A DNA stretch of 64,000 bases, taken from assembly GCA_045605805.1 (NCBI GenBank), contig JAZUQR010000027.1:64001-128000 (forward strand), read 5' to 3'. Below are positions 27,468-36,963 of the stretch, in pieces. The translations under genes were made by a program, and so were the position numbers. The first letter of the stretch is position 1. Each line of letters starts with the position of its first letter. The stretch comes from Alphaproteobacteria bacterium. GTDB taxonomy: Bacteria; Pseudomonadota; Alphaproteobacteria; CAAHEQ01; UBA3637. The notes below the pieces were generated by a model. That model was not told where the DNA came from, ran no database searches, and saw only the letters and a list, made by a program, of their open reading frames with translations.

Positions 27468-30400
27468 TATCAACCTCCCGTTCATTCAACAACCGAGCCG
27501 CTTGCACACCCATTTGGGCCGAAGACAAAGCCACAGCACGCAAACTTTCAAGCAAGACATAGCGCCCCACATCCTGAGTCAAGCCAAACGCCCCCGCTTC
27601 ATTTTGCACACCTTCCGAGAAAGAAATCAACACATTGGCCCGATCAGCAAACTTGTTGGACACAGCGTTCATTCCTTCGGAAATCTGCACCGCCGCATTT
27701 ACATATTGTTTCAAAAGCATTTGGCGTTTTGCCTGAATCAAAGCCACCTGTTCATCGGTCAGATATTTCTTTTCATCCTCTGGTTTTTCCTCTTTTTCTT
27801 CTTCTGGCACTTCCAAAGAGGCAGAAGTCCCCGCTTGTGAGCCAGCACCAGCCAGTGTACCGGTTTGAACCACCGTTTTTGCTTCTTCTTCTTCAAAAGT
27901 TTCATCCAAAAGTTTCAAATCCACATTGGCGTTCTTTAACAATTCGGCCACAACCATTGCCGACCCCGACACAGTGCTGGGCATAGAAGCATCCACATCC
28001 ACATCCGACAAAGCCGTGTCATCCACAGTCCCCACAGCGGCACCAATCTCACCGGCCAAAACGTTCACATCCTTCCGCAAAGCAAGCTCTGTTTCCGTCA
28101 CGAACGGTGTCATAGCCACCGTACCAATCCGCACCAGATCCTGTAAATCAACCTCCCGTGGGGTTTCTGCGCCTTGTTGAACTTGATTCACCTCTGCCTC
28201 TTTGGCATCAGCTTCCGCTTTCGTCCCCTCAACAGTGGCAATTTTGTTATTAAGTTCCTCGAACTCATCGGAAGAAATCGTTTTATTATTCAAAGCATCA
28301 TACGCCAACGATCTGGCAGTCTCAAAGTCACTGCTGTTTATCGCATCAGCAAACTGATTGCTCCGAACTGTGTCATTCCTAAAGAAGTTTTCAGCAGTCG
28401 ATAAAGCAGCGCTCTTTGCTATTGTATAGTTCTTCTTCGCAGCAGTCACTATGGAATCCAGTTCAGTTATAGTAGCATTATACTTATCTATATCACCCTT
28501 TCCATCTTCTTTGGCTTTTCCTAACGCTTTCTGCGCTTCACCAAGTTCCTCTCGCGCTTTTTGAATTTCTTTCTGTGTTCCTTTCGTCACAATTAGTTTT
28601 TTCACCTTAGCCTGCGCCTCATCCACTTTTACCTGTGCCGCATCAATAGCATATTGTCTATACCTATACTGATTCGTATTTTGCGCATGGTCTTGCAACA
28701 AGCTTTGATAGCCTTTTCCGCCATTAACACTAGATAGCTGATTTATATAGTTCATAATATCAGCCCCAAAATCGTCTTCTTTTCCAGAAAAACGAATTTG
28801 CTGATTCGCTGAATCAAAAGTAATGCCATACAGATTCTTCAATGTTGCTGCTTGTTCACTTGTCATGGTATAACCATTATCCGACCAACCAAGATCCTCC
28901 CCACCCAATAAATTGCCTATCGCACTTGCGTTGTCGTGGTTCAAATCGGAATACAAAACCGCATCACCGGCCCCCATATCTGCTGCGTCCGTCAATATTT
29001 GGTTGGAGCGATTCACAATAGCATCAGAGTTTTTCTTAACTTCCTCATATGATATTTCTTCAACATTACCTTCGGCGTCAAGTTTTACGCCAGAGTCATT
29101 TTTCTCGTCGCCATCTTGGGCTTCTGCCCCTGCCTTTGCGCCACCTTCTTTGTCTTGATTTATGCTAGCCGTTACCTTTTTTTCCTCCTTTGGGTCCTCC
29201 GCTTTGGCTATATTTTTAGTTTTGGTCCCGGCCGAATCTGCATTAGCAAATTGTGTTGCTTCGGCCTTTTTGTCCGTCGTCTCATCAATCACTTCCCCTT
29301 CAGATTGAGCCGTCACTGCCTCTGGTGTGGCAACCGCGTTAATTTTTAAGCTTGATGAATCCCCGTCTTTAGTAGGGGGGACACCGCCTTGTTGAGCAGG
29401 GGGCTCATCCCCTTTCCCATCCACCTTTAGCGTTGCTACACCATTTTTGGCTTCTACTTTTGCGTTAACTCCTACAGAGCCATCCTCAGACGTTGTCTTA
29501 GCCTTCACCTGATTCTCGTTCAGCGAAGCACCAGTCCCTGTTTCAGTCCTCTTGGCTCCCACACGACTTTCTCCTGTTTCGTACCGACCAGTAGTTTGTC
29601 CATCCTTAGTCTGGGCCACATAACTACCATTGGTAAATTCTACAACAGACGAACCATCGGAAAAAACACTAACGCTTTTAACATCGTTCAAATGACTTCC
29701 ATCACCCATGATTGCCGACACGTCTGCCTGTTGTACCAAATCTTTATGCCAGAAACTTCCCGAATCCCATTTGTTCTTGCTCTCATCCCAGGTGTATGAA
29801 CGCCCATCAACGGTGATAGTCTTACTGTCGCCAGCCGTAAAGACCTCATAAACACCCCCATTTACCACAACATACTTACCCTTTGGTACTGGAGGAAGGG
29901 TTGCTGCAGATGTTTGCGAGGATGAAATAGTTGGTATTGTTCCGTCTTGTATAATCGTCTCATTCCGGGCATTGGTTTCCAACGTCACGGTCTTGTTTTG
30001 ATTGCTCAGACCTTGCTTAGCACCATCAGCAGTCACTGTCTGCCCTGTTTTAGATGTCTTTCCATTATTCGTATTGGTAGAAGTCTGTGTAACCTCATTA
30101 GCAGTAATATCCTGATTCTGTTCGCTGGAACTACCATTGCGATTATTCAGGTTCTGACTAGTCTTCACATTGTCCAGTGTCTGATTAAAAGAGCCACCTC
30201 CCTTTCCTGCTGCTGATTCCACCCTCCACGTACCTGACACTTCTTTCTCCCCTGGCCTCAAGGTCACAGAAGCATTCGCCTTCCCATCATTGGCCTTTGC
30301 AGTCAGACTATTGTCTCCCATATAGGCCGAAGCCGTTGCATTAGAATCAGCACTTATACGATTCTCCATACCAACTTTTATTTCATTTCCGCTTTTATCC

Positions 30401-31065
30401 GTATAAGATCGGGCTACAACAGTCCCTTTACCAGTGTCACCCACTGCAACCTGCGAAGGGGGAACATAATTATTTTTCCCCTCTGTTCCTTGCGCAGGAT
30501 AATATATCTTTGCCGCACCATTTACTGACTCCACATAGACATAACCAGATTGATTCTTCTTAGTGGGATCAGTTGTGACAGTCCAAGAACGGCCAAGAAC
30601 ACCACCAGCCTCCGTCACATTCACAGCGTTTGTAATATTTTGTCTGCCAGCTTCATATTGAGTCCCTTGATAGTTTATATACCGAGCTTGAGAAATCCCA
30701 CCAGAAGCGTCCCTATGATAAGTGTTGCCATTCACTGTTGTAGATGTTTCATCGTCATAAAAATTCACAACAGTCATATTACCCTTACCATTGTTCGGAT
30801 TCACCACATATGTTTGTAGTTTCACCGGACCACTGGATGAAACACGCCCATATCGTCTAGCTGTTTCATTGGCAGTATAATAACTGCCCTGTTTTAATTC
30901 TGCCGCCTTATGTGTGCTATAATAATGACCATTGGCACCTTTATACAATGTTTTACCGTTTGCAAATTGCACTTTTTCAACCTTTGCCCACACATCATTC
31001 GGCAACAACACACAGGCACTGGCCAAAACCGTGCCAACAAGCAAGACTTTAACGAAATTTCGCAT
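27454..31065 (-). CDS. Large secreted adhesin-like protein (1203 aa), array member 1
   Basis: SD GGGGAGG, signal peptide ending VWA, T/S/N/G-rich low-complexity body, coiled coil, C-terminal LTDEQVALIQAKRQMLL...VQAARLL. Confidence 0.75.
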   Translation of the reverse strand: MRNFVKVLLVGTVLASACVLLPNDVWAKVEKVQFANGKTLYKGANGHYYSTHKAAELKQGSYYTANETARRYGRVSSSGPVKLQTYVVNPNNGKGNMTVVNFYDDETSTTVNGNTYHRDASGGISQARYINYQGTQYEAGRQNITNAVNVTEAGGVLGRSWTVTTDPTKKNQSGYVYVESVNGAAKIYYPAQGTEGKNNYVPPSQVAVGDTGKGTVVARSYTDKSGNEIKVGMENRISADSNATASAYMGDNSLTAKANDGKANASVTLRPGEKEVSGTWRVESAAGKGGGSFNQTLDNVKTSQNLNNRNGSSSEQNQDITANEVTQTSTNTNNGKTSKTGQTVTADGAKQGLSNQNKTVTLETNARNETIIQDGTIPTISSSQTSAATLPPVPKGKYVVVNGGVYEVFTAGDSKTITVDGRSYTWDESKNKWDSGSFWHKDLVQQADVSAIMGDGSHLNDVKSVSVFSDGSSVVEFTNGSYVAQTKDGQTTGRYETGESRVGAKRTETGTGASLNENQVKAKTTSEDGSVGVNAKVEAKNGVATLKVDGKGDEPPAQQGGVPPTKDGDSSSLKINAVATPEAVTAQSEGEVIDETTDKKAEATQFANADSAGTKTKNIAKAEDPKEEKKVTASINQDKEGGAKAGAEAQDGDEKNDSGVKLDAEGNVEEISYEEVKKNSDAIVNRSNQILTDAADMGAGDAVLYSDLNHDNASAIGNLLGGEDLGWSDNGYTMTSEQAATLKNLYGITFDSANQQIRFSGKEDDFGADIMNYINQLSSVNGGKGYQSLLQDHAQNTNQYRYRQYAIDAAQVKVDEAQAKVKKLIVTKGTQKEIQKAREELGEAQKALGKAKEDGKGDIDKYNATITELDSIVTAAKKNYTIAKSAALSTAENFFRNDTVRSNQFADAINSSDFETARSLAYDALNNKTISSDEFEELNNKIATVEGTKAEADAKEAEVNQVQQGAETPREVDLQDLVRIGTVAMTPFVTETELALRKDVNVLAGEIGAAVGTVDDTALSDVDVDASMPSTVSGSAMVVAELLKNANVDLKLLDETFEEEEAKTVVQTGTLAGAGSQAGTSASLEVPEEEKEEKPEDEKKYLTDEQVALIQAKRQMLLKQYVNAAVQISEGMNAVSNKFADRANVLISFSEGVQNEAGAFGLTQDVGRYVLLESLRAVALSSAQMGVQAARLLNEREVDNEIQ

Positions 31066-31099
31066 AAAAACCTCCCCTTAAAAAAAGTACTTTTAATTC

Positions 31100-31128
31100 A
31101 CTGTACATACTTTTTTGATGCATTGCAA
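31100..31128 (-). promoter_or_regulatory. sigma70-type promoter heading the T4SS cluster
   Basis: TTGCAA-N17-TACAGT on the - strand, ~35 nt upstream of the ATG. Confidence 0.55.
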
Positions 31129-31147
31129 CACTTTTTTTCAAAAAAAC

Positions 31148-31180
31148 AAAAAAAAACGCCCGCAAAGTGACGTTTTTTTC
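31148..31180 (-). terminator. Probable infC terminator separating it from the T4SS cluster
   Basis: On - strand: AAAAAAACGTCACTTTGCGGGCGTTTTTTTTT imperfect hairpin plus T-tract. Confidence 0.5.
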
Positions 31181-31200
31181 TTTCCCCCTTCCATAAAGGC

Positions 31201-31752
31201 TTATTTGGGCGATACCAACATCCCCATATTGCGCCCTTCCAACTTAGGCGCTTGTTCAATTTTCGCCACTTCGGCCACATCTTCGGCCACCCGCTTCAAA
31301 ACAGCCTCGCCCAAATCTTGATAGGACAATTCACGCCCACGAAACCGCAAAGTGAACTTCACCTTGTTGCCTTCGGCCAAAAACTTTTTCGCATTGCGCA
31401 TTTTCACCAAATAATCATTGTCCCCAATGTTGGGGGTGAACTTGATTTCTTTGGTTTCCTGTGTTTTTTGCTTTTTCTTGGCTTCGTTTTTGCGTTTTTG
31501 CAATTCATATTTATATTTGCCGGCATCCATAATTTTACACACAGACCCACTTGGGTTGGCCGATATTTCCACCAAATCCAAACCGGCCTCATCCGCCCGC
31601 CGCAACGCCTCACGCAAGGACACAAGCCCCACATTGATGCCGTTTTCGTCAATCAACCGAATTTGTAATGCATTGATTTTGCCATTGATGCGTGGTTCAT
31701 CTTTATTTGTGTTAGGCGCACGCATATCGCCTCTGTCAAAGTTTTGAATAAT
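31201..31752 (-). CDS. infC: Translation initiation factor IF-3 (ATT start)
   Basis: INGKI, GLDLVEIS, GKYKYE, KEIKF, RFRGRE; GGAGG followed 8 nt later by ATT at 31752. Confidence 0.95.
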   Translation of the reverse strand: MIQNFDRGDMRAPNTNKDEPRINGKINALQIRLIDENGINVGLVSLREALRRADEAGLDLVEISANPSGSVCKIMDAGKYKYELQKRKNEAKKKQKTQETKEIKFTPNIGDNDYLVKMRNAKKFLAEGNKVKFTLRFRGRELSYQDLGEAVLKRVAEDVAEVAKIEQAPKLEGRNMGMLVSPK

Positions 31753-31841
31753 GGTATAATCCTCCAAAAAAGTTTATAAACAAACTCATTATATTCATTT
31801 TTTTCAAGACATTCAAGTTTTTTTTTGCTATCCTCTTTATT

Positions 31842-33104
31842 ATGAAAAGTTTTTTATGTTTTTTGGCCTTGGTCTTTTTGAGCCTCAACTCAGTCTGGGC
31901 AAAACAACCCGATAAAGTGTTGCCCATGCCGTTTCAAGAACTGCACCTTTTGTCTTGCACCACAACTTTGCGCCAATCAGACCCGCTGTATTTGGGCGTG
32001 ACGGCTGTGCCCAGAAAGGGGTGGACTTTGGGCAAAGCCACTTTAACCGCCACCAACTCGGCCAACATCCCCATTCAAGTGCTTTCCCCCTTTCAACAGC
32101 CCTATACCACCCAAACAACCTTGCCAATAAGCCCTTTTTTAGCCGGCAAGTCTGTATCAAGCCTAACCGTTTTTATCACAGGACAATGGAATGCCTGTTC
32201 CGATTCGGGCTGTATCAATGTGCCAATCAACCTTCAAAAAACGCTGGAAAAAGGCATGGATTTCATCACGCCCCAATGCAACAATATCACTGTGGCCTTG
32301 GGCCTTACCCCCATCCCGATGCATGCCACGAAAATCAAAGGATGGGCCATACAACAAGGCGATTCGGCTCTTATTACTTTGGATTTAGAAAAAACACCCA
32401 AATCCGCCCTGATTTATGACCAAAATAAACAGCCCCTTTCTGTGGACATCTCACTCAACAAAAAACGCCTTCAATTTCAACTGCCCGCAACAAATAAGGT
32501 GCAATTCTATCTTCAAACCTATCATCATATCTATGAAATAGACCTGCCCCTGTTGCCAGCCGGCACATCTGTGCCACCTGCCCCCCTTTCGTGGTGGGAC
32601 TATCTGAACGCTCTGGTCGGCCTGTGTATTTTATCTGCCTGCCCCATCTTTTGGGCCAGAAGCAAAGAACAAACCCAAAAACAATTTCAAAAAGAAGCCC
32701 TGAAAACAGCCGTTTTAACGCTGGGGATGGGAGTGATAACAATATGCGGGCTGTGGCTGATACCACATCTGAATATCTGTCAAATACCATTTTCAAAAAA
32801 CATCACCCTGATTTTAATGGCACTGGGTCTTTTAATCATTCCGGCACACCCTGTGTTGGTCATCTTTTTCTCGCTGATAGCCCCAAAGCCTTATCTCAGT
32901 TTTCTCAGCACAGAACATCTGTTGAGCACATCCCTTTTGATTTTGATGGCCACGGTTATCACAGCCGGCACATTCTTGGTACAATACCGCTATGCCAAAC
33001 CGATTTATAAGACACTGCATCATAAAAAAACAGAAAGCACAATTTGGTGGTGCGCAAGAATCCCGTGGATACTCTTGATGCTCTATCTTGCCGTTTATTT
33101 ATAA
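31842..33104 (+). CDS. Membrane protein resembling a truncated DsbD (periplasmic alpha-like domain plus TM domain, no thioredoxin domain)
   Basis: Signal peptide, GW..., WNACSDSGC, then several TMs with LSACP; no CxxC thioredoxin tail. Confidence 0.5.
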   Translation: MKSFLCFLALVFLSLNSVWAKQPDKVLPMPFQELHLLSCTTTLRQSDPLYLGVTAVPRKGWTLGKATLTATNSANIPIQVLSPFQQPYTTQTTLPISPFLAGKSVSSLTVFITGQWNACSDSGCINVPINLQKTLEKGMDFITPQCNNITVALGLTPIPMHATKIKGWAIQQGDSALITLDLEKTPKSALIYDQNKQPLSVDISLNKKRLQFQLPATNKVQFYLQTYHHIYEIDLPLLPAGTSVPPAPLSWWDYLNALVGLCILSACPIFWARSKEQTQKQFQKEALKTAVLTLGMGVITICGLWLIPHLNICQIPFSKNITLILMALGLLIIPAHPVLVIFFSLIAPKPYLSFLSTEHLLSTSLLILMATVITAGTFLVQYRYAKPIYKTLHHKKTESTIWWCARIPWILLMLYLAVYL

Positions 33105-33532
33105 GCATCCCGCTGGGCAACTGCCAAAGCATCCACCCGTTCATTATACACATTACCCGCATGGCCCTTTACCCAATGCCATGTAATTTCGTGGGCATCC
33201 AACAAATCGGCCAAAATCTGCCATAAATCCACATTCAAAACGGGCTTTTTATCGGCCTTTCGCCACCCTTTTTCCTGCCATCCGGCAAGCCACTTGGTTG
33301 CCCCTTCCAACACATATTTGCTGTCTGTATATAAGTGAACAACACATTTTTGCTTCAAGGCTTTAAGGCCTTCAATCACGGCCGTCAGCTCCATGCGATT
33401 ATTGGTTGTCACAGCCTCACCACCGGATAATTCTTTTTCTTTATCTCCATAAACCAAAACGCATGCCCATCCCCCAGCCCCTGGGTTTCCGGAACATGCG
33501 CCATCGGTATATAAAGTCACTTCCTTAATCAT
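33095..33532 (-). CDS. rnhA: Ribonuclease HI
   Basis: [36 protein letters not shown]. Confidence 0.97.
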   Translation of the reverse strand: MIKEVTLYTDGACSGNPGAGGWACVLVYGDKEKELSGGEAVTTNNRMELTAVIEGLKALKQKCVVHLYTDSKYVLEGATKWLAGWQEKGWRKADKKPVLNVDLWQILADLLDAHEITWHWVKGHAGNVYNERVDALAVAQRDAYK

Positions 33533-33980
33533 CTAAATCGTATTGAATGATTAAATCATAAAGTTCTTTTTCATCGGAAGCCTTACGCAAAGCCGACACA
33601 GCCTCCTCGTTTCGTAAAAGTCGGGATAATCTGGCCAAAGCCTTTAAGTGATCAGCACCAGCTTCTTCTGGCACAAGCAACACAAAAGCCAAATCAACAG
33701 GTTTATTATCCACCGAATCAAATTCAACCGGTTCAGTTGTTGCAAACCCGCAAAAGATTTTTTTCAGCTTTGGCAAGCGAGTATGGGGCAAAGCCACCCC
33801 AAACCCAATGCCGGTTGTCCCCAAACGTTCCCGTTCAATCAAAGCATCCAAAACAACTGTTTCATCCAAACCAACCTTTTCACAAGCCAACGCAGCCAAT
33901 TGTGTCAACAACTGTTTTTTTGTCTTGGCCTTCAAATGAAACAACACGGATTCAGGTGCCAAAATATCAGAGATTTTCAT
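33525..33980 (-). CDS. ptsN: PTS EIIA-Ntr
   Basis: [34 protein letters not shown]. Confidence 0.93.
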   Translation of the reverse strand: MKISDILAPESVLFHLKAKTKKQLLTQLAALACEKVGLDETVVLDALIERERLGTTGIGFGVALPHTRLPKLKKIFCGFATTEPVEFDSVDNKPVDLAFVLLVPEEAGADHLKALARLSRLLRNEEAVSALRKASDEKELYDLIIQYDLDD

Positions 33981-33989
33981 AAAAACTCC

Positions 33990-34538
33990 TTATTTATTTT
34001 TTGGATCAACCCAACCAATGTTTCCATCGGCACGGCGGTAAATCATATTCAAGCCACCATGAGCTGTATTACGGAACAACAAAGCGTTTTGGCCAGATAA
34101 ATCCATACGCATCACAGCGGTTGCCACAGTACATAAAGGCAATTCTGTTTGCATTTCGGCAACAATCACCGGAGCATCGGCCACTTCTTCTTTGTCTTCT
34201 TCGGAATCAATCACAGACATATCCACCATTTCAACAGTGCTGTATTTATGATTGACAAGTTTGTTTTTATACTTATTCAATTGACGATGCATCTTACCCA
34301 ATGCTTGATCAATACAAGCATAAGCATCACCGGCTTCACCTTCTGCAAAAATCATAGCCCCACGCACAGGATGTACCACAACTTCGGCTTTTAACATATC
34401 ACCAGAACGAGACACTTTCACCGTTGCATCCAAAGCATTTGGAAAATACTTTTGAGCAATATCTGTCAATTTTTCTGTTGTATAAGTTGTCCAGCTTTCG
34501 CCCAAATCAATTTGATGTCCACTTATATTTACTTGCAT
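33990..34538 (-). CDS. hpf: Ribosome hibernation promoting factor (long HPF)
   Basis: MQVNISGHQIDLG, RQLNKYK, C-terminal AVMRMDL...FRN...NMIYRRADGNIGW. Confidence 0.92.
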   Translation of the reverse strand: MQVNISGHQIDLGESWTTYTTEKLTDIAQKYFPNALDATVKVSRSGDMLKAEVVVHPVRGAMIFAEGEAGDAYACIDQALGKMHRQLNKYKNKLVNHKYSTVEMVDMSVIDSEEDKEEVADAPVIVAEMQTELPLCTVATAVMRMDLSGQNALLFRNTAHGGLNMIYRRADGNIGWVDPKNK

Positions 34539-34590
34539 TTTATTCCCTTTCAGTTAAAATATCTATCTATACGAATACCATACTGATTTT

Positions 34591-35691
34591 TTGAAGGATT
34601 GTCAAGTGGTCACAAAAAAAACAACACAAAATATCCAAACAGGGCTGTATATACATTGGCCATATTGTATCAACAAATGTCCCTACTGTGATTTTGCCAG
34701 CACGGTGTGTTGCCATCCCAACGAAGAAATGCTTTGGAAGGGGTACGAAAAAGATATTGATTTTTTCAAAACAACGGCAACAATCACAAGTCTTTTTTTT
34801 GGGGGCGGCACCCCCAGTTTAATGAGCCCGCAATTTTTGGAAAAGTTGTTGAACAAACTGATTCAAACTTATTCTTTGGCCAAAGAGGCGGAAATCTCTA
34901 TGGAGGTCAATCCAGACACTGTGGATAAAAATAAATTACAAGCTTTCAAATCATTGGGGATAAATCGCCTGTCAATCGGGGTACAATCCTTAAACGAGAC
35001 AGCCTTAAAAATGTTAGGCCGAACGCACAGCGTTCAAACCGCTTTGAATTGCATCCAAACCGCCCAAACATTGTTTGATAATATCAACATTGATTTAATC
35101 TATGCTCGCCCCCATCAATCATTAAAAAGTTGGGAAAAAGAATTAAAGTCTGCCCTTGCCTTAAACTTACCCCATTATTCGCTGTATCAATTGACCATAG
35201 AAGAAAAAACAATCTTTGAAAAAAAAGGCATCAAAGCGGCCTCACAATTACAAGCCCGCAAACTGTACCAATTGACCGACAACCTGATGAGCGAAGCCCA
35301 AAAACCAGCGTATGAAGTCTCAAACTATGCCAAAAAAGGATTTGAATGTCGCCATAATCTAACCTATTGGCTGGGCAAAGATTACATTGGTATCGGTCCG
35401 GCCGCCCATGGACGATTGGGTTTAACAGCCACAAGCAATCCTCGCTCTGTTTCCTTGTGGATAAAAGAAAATCCGCAAACAGAAACCCTAACACAACAAG
35501 AACGAGATTTAGAAAAACTCTTGATGGGGCTCAGATTAAGAACAATCCCATATCCGACTCAAAACCTGAATGAAACACAAATCAAAAAAGCCCTTCAAAA
35601 AAATTGGATTAAAATAACCGATAAAGGCATCTTACCCACCCAAGAAGGCACTTTAATGTTAAACAGCCTTATTCTGTTATTGGCTGAATAA
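34591..35691 (+). CDS. hemW: Radical SAM heme chaperone HemW
   Basis: YIHWPYCINKCPYCDF, FGGGTPS, RLSIGVQS, YEVSNYA, HNLTYW; exact start uncertain (GTG 34606 possible). Confidence 0.92.
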   Translation: MKDCQVVTKKTTQNIQTGLYIHWPYCINKCPYCDFASTVCCHPNEEMLWKGYEKDIDFFKTTATITSLFFGGGTPSLMSPQFLEKLLNKLIQTYSLAKEAEISMEVNPDTVDKNKLQAFKSLGINRLSIGVQSLNETALKMLGRTHSVQTALNCIQTAQTLFDNINIDLIYARPHQSLKSWEKELKSALALNLPHYSLYQLTIEEKTIFEKKGIKAASQLQARKLYQLTDNLMSEAQKPAYEVSNYAKKGFECRHNLTYWLGKDYIGIGPAAHGRLGLTATSNPRSVSLWIKENPQTETLTQQERDLEKLLMGLRLRTIPYPTQNLNETQIKKALQKNWIKITDKGILPTQEGTLMLNSLILLLAE

Positions 35692-36898
35692 AATCACCCC
35701 ACGGATTATGGGCTTCTGATAAAGGCATAAACTCGGGCATAACAACAGGCGTTGCCCCCCGCATTTTTTTCTGCATCAATTGCAACGGGCGTTGATTGGT
35801 TCCGTCTGGATTCAAACGCACCTCACCATCCACACCATCAAAAGCACCAACCAAACGCAAATTATCCAACGATACCGGCACACCTTGCTCGGCCACATCA
35901 AACACAAGCCCCATCGCATCATACATTTGCGAAGCAATCCGTATGGGTTGTTCCCCAAAAGCAGACTTATAATTTTGAGCAAAAGAATTAAAACCACTGG
36001 CATCCAAATCGGCAAAATAAACCCCATTAGCATTGGCATCATTGATAGATTTGACCACCGTCAAAGCATATAAAGGAATATCTTTTGGACCGGCATCATA
36101 AAAGGGCATCAAACTTAAAATCTGACGCAGTTTAACCCCTTCTTCAAAAATAAAAATAGCATCCAATCCAGCCCTCTCTGTCATTGGTTTGGCCAATTCC
36201 AACTGTTCTTCTTCGGTTAAATCGGGCTTATCGGCATCAATTTCCTCAGGCAACAAGCGTTTCACAGCATTGGTAAAATTCATTGTTTCAGCATCATATA
36301 AAGAAACCTTTTCAGGGCGCATAGCCGGACAATCTGCCAAAGCGTCATTCAAAGCCTCTTTGGCAATCGCCCCAATCCGACTGTCCGAAGCCAATACCCC
36401 CAGTCTAAATTGCCCAACAGCACAGGCATAGCGCACCATCTGACGCACCTGATCAGCCACTGTCACCGCCATTGTGCCCACCTTATCATTCACTAATTGT
36501 GTATCCGAAGTAAAGGTCAACAACGGCACCGAAACACCACCGTCTTGAATAGCCGCCACTTCTTGTGAAAAAATAGGCCCTAAAACAACATCCGGTTTTT
36601 GGGCCACCGCCCAATCATAGGCCTGTTCCGCCCCTTTTTGTGTACTCATTGTATCAAAAAACAAAGTTTTCATTTTAACATCTTTATGGTCAAAAACGGC
36701 CTGTAAAGCAGCATTTTGTAAATGCTTGCCCGCTTCGGCATATTCACCGGTCAACGGCAACACAATGGCCACAGTTGGCACAACCTGCTGTGACACAGAA
36801 TCAGAAAAAACACTTTCTTGCCAAAAAATGGGCTGACGCTGAACAGAACACGCCCCAAAAGCCACAAAACTTGTCAATAATAAAACTTTTTTTAACAT
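35669..36898 (-). CDS. LpoA/LppC-like penicillin-binding-protein activator lipoprotein
   Basis: Lipobox FGAC, VAIVLPLTG, VLGP, YDA, FDGVDG...DGTNQR; divergent from rsmI as usual. Confidence 0.8.
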   Translation of the reverse strand: MLKKVLLLTSFVAFGACSVQRQPIFWQESVFSDSVSQQVVPTVAIVLPLTGEYAEAGKHLQNAALQAVFDHKDVKMKTLFFDTMSTQKGAEQAYDWAVAQKPDVVLGPIFSQEVAAIQDGGVSVPLLTFTSDTQLVNDKVGTMAVTVADQVRQMVRYACAVGQFRLGVLASDSRIGAIAKEALNDALADCPAMRPEKVSLYDAETMNFTNAVKRLLPEEIDADKPDLTEEEQLELAKPMTERAGLDAIFIFEEGVKLRQILSLMPFYDAGPKDIPLYALTVVKSINDANANGVYFADLDASGFNSFAQNYKSAFGEQPIRIASQMYDAMGLVFDVAEQGVPVSLDNLRLVGAFDGVDGEVRLNPDGTNQRPLQLMQKKMRGATPVVMPEFMPLSEAHNPWGDFIQPITE

Positions 36899-36963
36899 AA
36901 GATTTCCTTTTCTATGACTTTTATGATATACTGAAATAAAGATTATTTCAAGGAGATTTTTTT

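Noticed and set aside
31750-31767. Non-ATG start of infC as a novelty
   Set aside because: ATT initiation of infC is a well-known autoregulatory feature.
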